Made by a program: the position numbers and the translations under genes. From Balanoglossus misakiensis (taxonomy: Eukaryota > Animalia > Hemichordata), in NCBI GenBank assembly GCA_040954595.2, contig CM082598.2, positions 1,736,001 through 1,800,000 of the forward strand: DNA of 64,000 nt. Reading direction: 5' to 3'. This document shows, piece by piece, positions 28,401 through 39,383 of the stretch. The notes beneath the pieces were generated by a model. That model was not told the origin of the DNA. It saw only the letters and a program-made list of their open reading frames with translations, and searched no databases. Position 1 is the first letter of the stretch. Every line of letters begins with the position of its first letter.

Positions 28401-29994
28401 AATTATGGAGAATAAGCGACCCGTATGATGGGAATTTCCTCGGACAATCGAACTCACAAAACAGGCTGAATATCTTTGTTGCCTAATTTGCTGTAATGAT
28501 GGCTGTCGTTTAGCTGGGCGTTTGGTAATGCATGTGGTTGGACTGACAGCTCGGCTATGCGATGACGTAGGAGTAACAATGGTGGATTTCTGCAGGAATG
28601 GGCTTCTTAGTCAACTTTCAGGATGTGCAAACTGCGGGCACAATTAAACGTCTCAAAAGAAGCCTAAATGATAGTAAAAAAGACAATAACACTTGAAGCT
28701 GCAGCTAATCCCCCCAAACATACTTCAGAGTTGTTGTCATTGCCCACTAATTGGGGATAATTAGTGAGTTCCCCGCATTGCTTAGCTACACATTCCACCG
28801 ACCACTTAGAGCAAATGACAGCTTCCTGAATAGATACACCCTTGTGAACAAACCCACTCAAGAGTATTGCTATCAAATCCATACCATGCCTGTCGTTAGG
28901 AGAAACGAAAACTAAATTGTTCAAATTCCCCTACTGTCCAATGTGAAGTCACGTTGACAAAAGGTCGCACAACCTACCTGCAATCTTGCCTTCGTTTATT
29001 CAACCGACACGAGTCTTGTAAATTATCATCAGACTAATGAAGGCCATGCCCCCTTCCTGTCGACGCAACAGATCTCCCTACGCTGTCTGAATCATACGTC
29101 GCAGCTCAACAGAGAATCCTCTTGGTGACAAATTAATTTTTGCGAAGACGTAAGAAACTACCTGTGATTCCAGCTACAGGGAGGTTAGTTGTGTGCAGTC
29201 GGTGCCACTTGTCGAAGCACCACCCCCTCGCGATATTACAGAATGTGCTTGCCCAAGCAAGCATGCAAGCATCCATGTGGAATTTGTTTTCGTAATTGCC
29301 TAATTGGTGTCTTGCATATTGTGTAAATTGTGACACTGACAACACAAACAGAACATTAAACGGGTTTGGCAATTACTCGCGACGCAAGGACATTTTAACA
29401 ATCTGGAAACACTGGGGTCGATCGTCTGCCTGCATGAGCACCCTGTCAACGGTTAAATCGTCGTCATCATCCAATTCAAATATTAATAGATCTTTTTTTC
29501 CCATCTCTAACCAGCTGTGATCAAGAAAGACTACATATTATTATTTTTTCAGCTCGTAAAAACAAATTTCTCGTCACAGCACTTGCAACTAACATAAACA
29601 TCACAATATTCACATCGCTTTATACACAGAAAACAACCCTACGCCTAAAGGCAAATACATGTATCATAATTCAGTTTAAACGTATAGCTGCTCGAACTTA
29701 TCGTATTGCGACTTAAATGAACAAGTTTTTTATACGTTGGCAAACAGGATTAATCATCTTCACTCAATTCATCGAAAGAGAAAATTCAAATTTACATCGT
29801 TCAAGCCACATGTGACCTGATTAATGGGCACTCTCTAAACTGGATAAGCGCCACTAAAAACAAATGTTGTATGCAGGTGTAGTCAGGTAGCATGCAAATA
29901 AAACTATAAGGGGGGTTAACCATGTGTTTTGCTATTGTGATAATTCCTACATCTACATGAGCCAGTTTCAGAAAACCCCTACGTCTATTGTTTA

Positions 29995-32900
29995 ATGGAA
30001 ACTACCTTGACGTCATCAACAATGGATTCAGTTGTGGTGCATCTCGCGGCTCTTCTCATCAATTTTTGTTTTGGTGTTTCTTCATCATCATCACAGTCTC
30101 CCGAAAGACCGAACATCGTCTTCGTTCTAGCCGACGACTTGGGGTGGAACGATGTCGGTTACCATGGCAGCGCTATCAAAACTCCGACAATAGATTGGTT
30201 GGCAAGAGAGGGCGTTCGATTGGAAAACTATTATGTTCAACCAGTATGCTCTCCGACAAGGAGTCAACTATTTACAGGACGCTATCAGGTCAGTTGTCCA
30301 TCACTGCTGATGGGAGGGGCAGGGATTTTGCAGACCATTACAGGAAAAAGATGTCTAGATAGTTCAACAATCGTGTTGGGAGTATATGTAACTTGCAAGT
30401 TATCCCGGTCAGTGACAGTGCTTCATTATGAATACGTACTGATTTTATATTCAAATGATAATGAGCAGGCTCTGGTGTATACAGTGAGTGTACAGATCTG
30501 TGGTGTGTAACATTTGACTTCATGTGTATTATAAAAAAAAGCCAATTTGGCATTGTGATTTTTTTCTCAAGATCCACACTGGACTACAGCATTCCATTAT
30601 TTGGATGAGCACACCACTCTGTCTCCCTAGAAACGAAGTTATAATCGCTCAAAAACTGAAAGAGGCTGGTTACTCGACGCACCTGATTGGGAAATGGCAC
30701 GTGGGCCATTACATGAAACACTGCCTTCCTCACTATAGAGGTTTTGATTCTTTCTTTGGTGAGTGCAGTTCTTGAAACATTCTACTCTGATCATGTGTGT
30801 GATGTTGCTTCATCCAGTTTGCTCTTTTTATACTTTTTCTGTCCTTTAATTTAATTTAGCAAGACCATTGCCCAGGACATTTCAAAAAGTTCTGCTTTTC
30901 GATTTAATCTCTGTTAACAAAATAAACACTTTTGTGTATAGGTTTTTACCAGGCTGGTTCCGATTACTATTACCACAATTCTACGAACGGCGTCTACTCT
31001 GGTTGGGATCTGAGACGAAATGACGAATTGGTGGCCGACTGGTACATGGGGAAATACTCAACACATATGTACACACAAGAGGCTGTTGATATTATAAGCA
31101 AACATGACAGGAAGCAGGTATGGGTGTTTCACCCTTCATCTCCCGTGCTTACAGTTTGAAAGAAGTGAATGGATATTGACTGCCCTTTGTCTGTTATCTA
31201 TCTACATGAGGGGGAAAGCTCCATTAAAAGTTCGGACCTCACTTCCTCACTTAGTTATCAAGGGATTAATCATATTCAAATATTTGAAGGGATTAAAAAG
31301 AAGATAGAAAATAGTGTAAAGTGTGTCAGTTACCAAGAACAACTGTCTGACTGCCTGTCAGCTTGTCTGTCTGTCTATCTGTCTATGCCCGTCAGTGTCT
31401 AACTTAATGTGTACAATTTTCTTAACATGGTAGATTGTAGATCACATTTGGTTTTATATACCAAGCCTGTCTTCTGCAATAAATAACATTTTTGTTTGTT
31501 TTTTCCCAGCCCATGTTCTTATTTTTTTCACACCAAGCAGTGCACGTTCCTTTACAAGTACCAACACCATACTCTGACCTTTACCAAGGTCACATTCAAG
31601 ACGCCAAACGGCGACTGTATGCGGGCTTGGCAACTGCGCTAGATGAATCTCTCTATTATGTCATAGACGCTTTGAAAAGCAAGGGAATGTGGAATCAGAC
31701 AGTGTTGATATTTTCGTCTGGTGCGTATATGATAATTGAAATTTTATAGGAGAGATTCTAGACGCTCTTTTTTTCGCGTGTGCCACCCAATGAAAATCTG
31801 TGATTGGCTAGATCTCAGTTTGCCATGGTAACTATAGCTAATTTTTCATAGGTGACCGTATATCTTTAAGAATACTGTCTGCATCGACGGTGTATGATGT
31901 CATTGGTAATGCAAGGCTAGTGTCGAACAATAGGTGTGGAGTGTGTATATTCAAGTTGAATGTGTCCATGAAACATCATGAAAACGAAAGGTTTTATTCC
32001 ATGCAGACAATGGTGGCTCCGTCACAGAAGGAGGCAATAATTGGCCGTTACGTGGAAGCAAGGCTTCACTCTATGAGGGTGGTATTCGTGCAGTTTGCTT
32101 TGTGAATAGTCCATTATTACCAATCAAGGCGAGGGGTAGTGTTAACAAGGAACTGATGCATGTCACTGATTGGTTCCCTACACTTGTGCACCTGGCGAAA
32201 GGGGATTTGCATGGCGTGCTGCCATTGGATGGGTACAACCAATGGCAAACAATCAGGTGAGATATCGCAAAGATAGTCCAGTATCACAAAAGTTAATAAA
32301 ACCGACAGCAATAAAAAAATCATTTCTTTCCTTTGAACACCAACATTGTTAATAAAAAAACAAAACTTTATTTGTGAAAATTCGCAAAGTCGAAAAATTG
32401 TCGACGTGAACCTTGAGTCCTTGGGTTCAACTTTTAACTTCAGGCAGTTTAAGTGTAACCTCTTTGACTTCTTGTCTCCCTGTCTGTCTGTCTGTCTGTC
32501 TCTCTGTCTATCTCAACAGCGAAGGAAAGCCATCAATGAGGTATGAGATTCTCCACAATATCGACCCACTCTACTTTCATCCTAATGTCCGCACTACTGA
32601 GTGGATAGACAATCCCTACTTTGATGTAACCACGCAAGCGGCCATCAGAGTTGGAGACTGGAAATTACTCACAGGGAGACCGGGTAAATACTTTCAAATT
32701 TAAAAAAAATGCTGCGAGAAAAACTCTAAATCCTGCTGTGAACGGAACACATGCGTTTATTTTAACAGGAAACCTACTGGTATATACTGGTATATGTTCA
32801 TGTACCGTATAATGGAGAAACTGGTACATGCACGACCAACAGTGCATTTAATTGCCATTTCATGCAAGCTTTCATGTACTGAACATGCGTATACACAGTA

Positions 32901-33235
32901 AACAGATTTAATAAACTTTTCTGGCTTTTCCAAGGCCAAATAATACTGGCAAGTTTTCCCCCACAGGTAATGGAAAGTGGATACCACCACCCGAATCAGG
33001 CATGGAAATCTTAAACGACACGTCCTCCAAAAGCGATCTTGTACACCTGTATAATATAAGGAAGGATCCTTCGGAGATGATTGATCAGGCTCGTTCCAGG
33101 CCGGATATTGTTTCAGCCTTGTTGCATAGACTCTCTGTGTACAATGCCTCGGCTGTGCCATGTTTGTTCCCGAAAGAGGATGTTCGCGGTTCGAATCCGT
33201 TAAACGGAGATGGTGGCTGGGGTCCCTGGTTATAG
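29995..33235 (+). CDS. Arylsulfatase B/I/J-like type I sulfatase, 7 exons, ~516 aa (alternative start at ATG 30022)
   Basis: Exons 29995-30288, 30572-30758, 30942-31117, 31510-31720, 32007-32256, 32520-32683 and 32967-33235 splice in frame. Signal-peptide-like N-terminus, [20 protein letters not shown], formylglycine motif [50 protein letters not shown], and C-terminal WGPWL typical of the ARSB group. Confidence 0.95.
31781..31855. repeat. Dispersed repeat; inverted copy at 36171-36245
   Basis: TGCCACCCAATGAAAATCTGTGATTGGCTAGATCTCAGTTTGCCATGGTAACTATAGCTAA aligns with the reverse complement of 36171-36245. Confidence 0.6.
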
Positions 33236-35555
33236 TGTCTTTTCAGAGTCATTATAAGGGGACCATTTGATTTCGTGTGTGTGTGTGGGGGGGGGGGTGT
33301 TTGCAGATGGCGGTGCGGAAGAAAAAAATCTGCAATGCCTTTGAGACAAAAAATGACTTGAAGCATGCATGGTTATACAAATCTGATCATTGGTCTTTTA
33401 TAATAATCTGGTTTTGCAGTAGATGAGTTTATCCCCCAGTTAACTCTTAAGTTGTCACAATTGCGGACTATAAGTTCTAAATCTTGGTGCACTTGTTGCC
33501 AAGCGCGAAATGCAGCACTTGCAAGGATATGCATAGCGCCTTACACAGCAGTACACAATTAGGTCATGCACCAAAAACAAGACCCAGTTGCTGAGTCAAC
33601 ATTGACCGGTCATTGGCTGGACTGATGGCTTAAGTTGTTGCCCCAGTTCTTGTTTACCTAACCTCACTTCACCAAACCTGCATGGCTATTCATTTTCAGC
33701 TACAGTCAGTGGCATTTGTAACAAAAGCATTCTTTTAAGCTTTTAAGTAAGAAGCCGAAAGCCGACAGATGTTTGGACAGTAAAAGTCTATGTTTGATAC
33801 ACTTGGTGCACTGGCCAGTTTTGGCCAATTGGCAGTCAGGTTATCTATTTTCGTTTTTGTTGTTTGGAATTTAAATTGGGTGACACACCTCTATACCAAA
33901 CAATCGTCTTAATCATCATTATGGCTGTAATTCCTCCTCTCTCCCCTCTGCAATCAAACAAATGAGTTAACCTCCACCACCTTTGTTTACCCAAGGGAGC
34001 CTCTACCTTCAATGTCTGACCGGCCAGACATTGAAGGTAGCAGCTCACTTGTATGCAAGAAGTTGATGAAGGCATGCTCATTTCTGAACTTGATTATAAG
34101 TTATCTCATCCCCAATCACCTCGTGGTATTTTACAATTTGGTCTGATTTACATGCAACCCATTTCTAGAAATTGGTGTCTTTCAAGTTGTCATGTTTTGT
34201 AAGCTTTAATAGGTTGATATGTGTGGGAAGACCACATTGTTGCTTTGGTCGAACTCAACTTCTTGTCTCCAAAGGCTTATGTCTTGGACGAACTGTTGAA
34301 CTTACACTTTATTTGGCCTGATTTTACCCATTTCAGTAGATTTGACTTGTGTTTTACGAGTAGACAAAGGCTGGGTTAGTTGCGTGGGCGAGTTCTGTCC
34401 TAAATCCATAGAAAGTACATGTTTATGAAGGTGCACGACAAGGTAAGCTGAACCTACTTTAACTTGCATTCTTTAATTAAAGAGTTTTTGATGCGGTTCA
34501 GTAAACATACACTAAGTGATGACTTGGCACATTTTGAGGTCAATCCATCCACAAAGGCTTAACAGTTTCGATTCAAAGTCAAGCCGATTTGTTCGCTGCT
34601 GTTGTTGTCGGTCACCACCCTCTGACAAGAAAGAGAATGTTGGTCCAGATATGAAGGACGTGCCAAAAAGAAGGGTTATTGAACTCTTGAGAACACAAGA
34701 ACTGTTGAGAATCTCATGAACAGATTGCAGATCAAGACCACTGCTTCTCATATACCTTTCCTCAAACTTTTACGTCCAAAAAAGTGGAATTTGAGAAAAT
34801 GCATCACAGTTAGAGTGTTAAACGAACCAGAAAGGGGCAACTCATCAGCATCGATCATCTTCACCCAAGAAATACATGTTTGTTTACCTTGAAACAGTTG
34901 CCATGGAAACTGGTTATATATGCCATTGTTGGTACATAGTCAGTTGGCTAAAGTTGAAGGAGAATTAATAATAAGTTATATCGTTTTCATCTATACTTAC
35001 AAGTTTAACAACTTAACGTGAAAATCCACACCACAACTAGTATAAGTTGAGCATTGCTATGAACAGCGAATGGCAATGAAAAAAACAATTGATGAAGGTT
35101 ACAGGTTTGTGCCCAAGGCCACCTGCAAATCTATAAGTTCCGAAACATCTCCAATACAAGATGTGCATTTTCTTCAAAAAGAAAATGAAAATGGTCAATC
35201 TGACCACGGGACGGATTGCTTACAAGTTAAAGTGAAATTTGAGATTGTGAATCTGATCACGTTTCACTTGTTGTTTTCTTGAAAGGCCTTTCCACATGAA
35301 CAGAGACTTTAGTGTGTAATAATATATATACCTGTGGTGTTAAGGCCACAATGTACACGCCCACCCTCTACATCAACAAAACCCTGCGCTTGCACTTCTG
35401 ACACTTGCATGATGTGAATACACCCCCACCTCCAATAGGAGGTGATCAAACATAACACGTGATCAATTAAGACCATTATAAGTTTTGGGTGAGGCCGAGG
35501 AATCGTAGTCATTTTCTGCAAGTCGGACGAGTGACAGCAACAAACAACAGGCAAG

Positions 35556-38500
35556 ATGAAAACTTTACTCTTGGGTCTTCTGCTCTCTGCTGTGGTACTG
35601 GCTGTTCACAGCGAGGATAAGGTAAAGCCAGGGAAGAAAAGTGACTATCTTGCCAAGGTGTTCAGCAAGAAAACAGCCAAGGTAGGCCTGAAGATATCCA
35701 TGAAAAGAACACAATTCAGAAATAGTTTAACTGCGTTTTTTTTCTTTTCTTTAACTTCTGGTGATGGCACCCCGAGGAAAATCGACACATTTGTTCCGAA
35801 AAGATTCAACACTGTCAACTTTCTTTTTCTGTTTAAAAAAGCACAGTTTGCTAGTTAATATATATCGCTTTCCATAACCGTGTTTCTACCCATTTGTACC
35901 CATTTGTATAACGCTTTCTAAGGCACATGTTGTCTCAAAGTAGGTCATCATGAGGTGGGGAAAGAGGCGATCTAAAAAACTGTACACTTAGAGCCTGCGA
36001 CAAATGTACTGACCTGAGTGGTACACAGTTTTTGTAAAAGAAGCACTGATGTATAAGATCGAATTGGGTGATGCTAAATACCTTTTAAGTACTCATGATT
36101 AATTCTTGCAGGCTCCACTTTTTTCTTCAATGTTTCACTTTCTCCGGACATTCATCATTAAAAGTTCCAATCACATATGCAAATTTAACCACAGTTACCA
36201 TGGAAAGTAGAGATCCAGCCAATCACAGAGTTTATTAGGTGGCCATGTGAACGAGTAGTTGTTTTATTCTCATATACCATTCTTTGTTATGACCCCTCCT
36301 CCCTTGTGTATGGGCTGGAGGCCATGAAGGTCTTGAAGGTCCTTTATTTACCCATGACTATAACAACACAACCACTCTTCAATAGAACTTCTGAAAAGTC
36401 ACACAATACACTCCTTCAAGGCTCATCCTAGCAGCTTTTTTTTCAAAGGCAGTTTCTTCAATGCATTGTTTCCTTTATCACTCAAAGAAGACTTCGTGTA
36501 TTGAACGTTGTGTGGGAAGATGATTTACAACTTACTTTACAATTAACGAGTCTCTCTCTCTCTCTCTCTTTTACATGAACAAAAACGGAAAGAGAGGTGA
36601 TGGTAAGTTATTATTGCTGAATTTATTCAAAATTACAGGGCAGGAAAATAGTGTACAACCTTGCACAGTTGCTTACAAATGTATTAAAGTTCTCGTAACT
36701 CAAATGTGGGGCACTGTCTATCTTCAACTGGGGTTTCCCGTTCATGACTTATCAACTATAAAGAAGTGTTGAGAATAAAACAAGTACGGTATAATTTAAG
36801 TAGATTATATATGGGAGAAAAATACAAATTAAGGGTCATTATGGCTTTGAATGCTGAAGTTTATAGGTATACACTCTCATTTGTTTGTATTTTTAGTTTG
36901 TGAAAATACCTGTTATTGGTCTAATGATGGTGAATGTGATGATGGAGGTCCTGGTTCGCAGTATTCACTTTGTGATCTAGGAACTGACTGTGGTGACTGT
37001 GGATCTAGATATGGTAGGAAATATTTTCCCGTTTGTAGGATATGAGAGTAAAAATCTCACCAAAATGAATAAATGGAAAACACTGATCATTCATTTTGGC
37101 GAGTTTTTCACTCAACAAGTGAGATGGAAGTTGTGTGTTGTCGAACGTTGATTCTCTATATTTCCACATGTAGAATAACATTAACGTGTCTTGTATCAAA
37201 CATTATTAATGGGAAAAGGGCAGCGAGAGAGAGACTTTGTCCCTTTTAACAATTATTTAGTTTATACTGCAATTATGTGTTCTAGTTCCTACTACATGTG
37301 AGAATACCTGTAGCTGGGCTTATGATGGGGAATGCGATGATGGTGGCCCAGGATCTTTGTATTCAGTTTGTGAATTTGGAACTGACTGTGCTGACTGTGG
37401 AGACAGAGAGGAAGAGCCAGAGGTCAATGGTAAGGAGTTTGTATTTCGACAGCATCAGATGTAGTCCATGGGAATATGCAACTTGTCAAGAAAAAACGAT
37501 TAATGCTAAACAGCCAAATACCCATGACGACATGCAAATTAAAAACAAGTACATGTAACTTTTTTTACCAGGTTGCACTGATACTTGTTCCTTTCCCAAT
37601 GATGGCGACTGTGATGATGGAGGTCCTGGATCTCAGTATTCAATTTGTGATCTAGGAACTGACTGTGGTGACTGTGGACCTAGGGGTGGTAAGAATCTTT
37701 ATCAAATAATTCCTGTTTGGGTTCCTATATATATCATTATCAATGATACATACAGAAATACATACATACATACACACATACTGGTACATACAGGTACATA
37801 CAATATATACTCTTTAATGTACCGGTATGTATGGATGTAAAGACTACCAAAGTTTGGTATAGGCATGCATGCACCCACCCGAATTACATCGTAGTTGAAA
37901 ATCCACTGTGAGTGTGAATGTTTGGAATACTTTGAATTGTATACATCAATTCTACTGTCAGTTGTTCCACCAAACATTCTGATGGTACGTCTTCGGTTCA
38001 TTGAGCGTGCACTCAGAAATGAAGGTTCCTCGATCGGTAATTTGTGAATCTTTGATGCTTCCCTTACAGAATGTACTGACACTTGTTCTTATGCCCATGA
38101 TGGCGAATGTGATGATGGAGGTGAAGGATCATTATATTCAATTTGTACCCACGGAACTGATTGTGCAGACTGCGGTGTCAGACTTGGTAAGCATTATTTT
38201 ACAAGCTCTGTTAGCTGTAAATTCTCGCTATTAATATTTTGATTTATGTATCTACTGCAGTTTGGTGTTCGAATCCCTGAGCATGACACAATCCCGAGCA
38301 TTTAGCTTATCAGCACATGCCAAAATATCCAATCATTTGAAATAAATAAAGAGATAATTCACAGGGTGAATATGACTTTTATTTTCATTTTATAATATGT
38401 TCAAATAATAAACATGGGTACACTCATGCATCCAATGTGATATATTTTGGTAAATTACCATCTTATTAAACCTGTTTACAGGAAGGTCACTTGAAATGAA

Positions 38501-38837
38501 GAAAGGAAAAGTTGCCAAGACGAGCTCTTCACAAGGGAAAGGGAAGTCCATCAAAGACATGGGTGCGTGTGAATAAATAACAGAACTTTTTTATGTTATT
38601 CCATTTTAACAAGTGTTTTATATTATTATAATTAGTGGTATTTAATTCAATTATTATCCACTCGTCAAGAAAGGTGACTGTGTGTCACATGAGTGATTGA
38701 TTGATTGATTGATCAGTATAGATATATCAAGTGATGATTGTCCATTGTTTATTTACTTTGTTTATTTACTTACAGTTGCAGAAAAAGCAAAAGTAGTCAA
38801 ACAACCACCATCAAAGCCTGGAAATGTTGGAAAATAA
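35556..38837 (+). CDS. Secreted protein with four 6-Cys acidic CxxTC...DGxCDDGG...GTDCxDCG repeats and Lys-rich flanks, ~257 aa
   Basis: Exons 35556-35681 (signal peptide MKTLLLGLLLSAVVLAVHS), inferred microexon 36593-36602, repeat exons 36897-37013, 37286-37429, 37572-37688 and 38070-38186 (all phase 1-1), then 38482-38562 and 38776-38837 (TAA). AATAAA at 38903-38908. Confidence 0.85.
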
Positions 38838-39352
38838 AAACTGAGAAGTGTGACGTATGGATGGAATCCTCCAACGACTTCAGAACTTAACTCATAGTTT
38901 ATAATAAATTGCAATGTGATTAACAAACAAAACTGTCTTAACTGATTGCAGTATTTCTTCTTGGGCGTTTTGTGACATTAGAATAAGCTACATGTACTTA
39001 TAATGTACATAATTTGCAAATGAACCTTTTCACATTATCATTTATCAAGAATCAGCTAATGTAATGATCAAATAAGAATGTTAACAACTTTATAGTGAAC
39101 ATGATGACGAATAAAAAGACGCATTTATTTTTAATGACTAGTGTGTATGTATGTATGTACCTATGTAAGTAAACAGTTAATTGACTATACACTGATCAGG
39201 TCAATATTTGTTGCTATTTTTTTATCAAATTGGATCGGAAACTCTTGATTTAATATCGCTTATTACCCACTAATTAGTAATTTAAGTGAGAATGCTGATC
39301 TGGCGTGAATAGCGCCCCCCTACAATGACAATGGTGCAGGACAGGACGGGGG

Positions 39353-39369
39353 AGGTCATGCAGAGGTCA
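39353..39369 (+). promoter_or_regulatory. Perfect DR5 nuclear-receptor element (AGGTCA-N5-AGGTCA)
   Basis: AGGTCA tgcag AGGTCA at 39353-39369, immediately before the SULT4A1-like start. Function untested. Confidence 0.35.
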
Positions 39370-39383
39370 TGTCAATAATCAAG

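Noticed and set aside
38551-38572. AAAGACATGGGT resembling miR-71
   Set aside because: Spans a coding exon/donor junction; seed mismatch and no hairpin.
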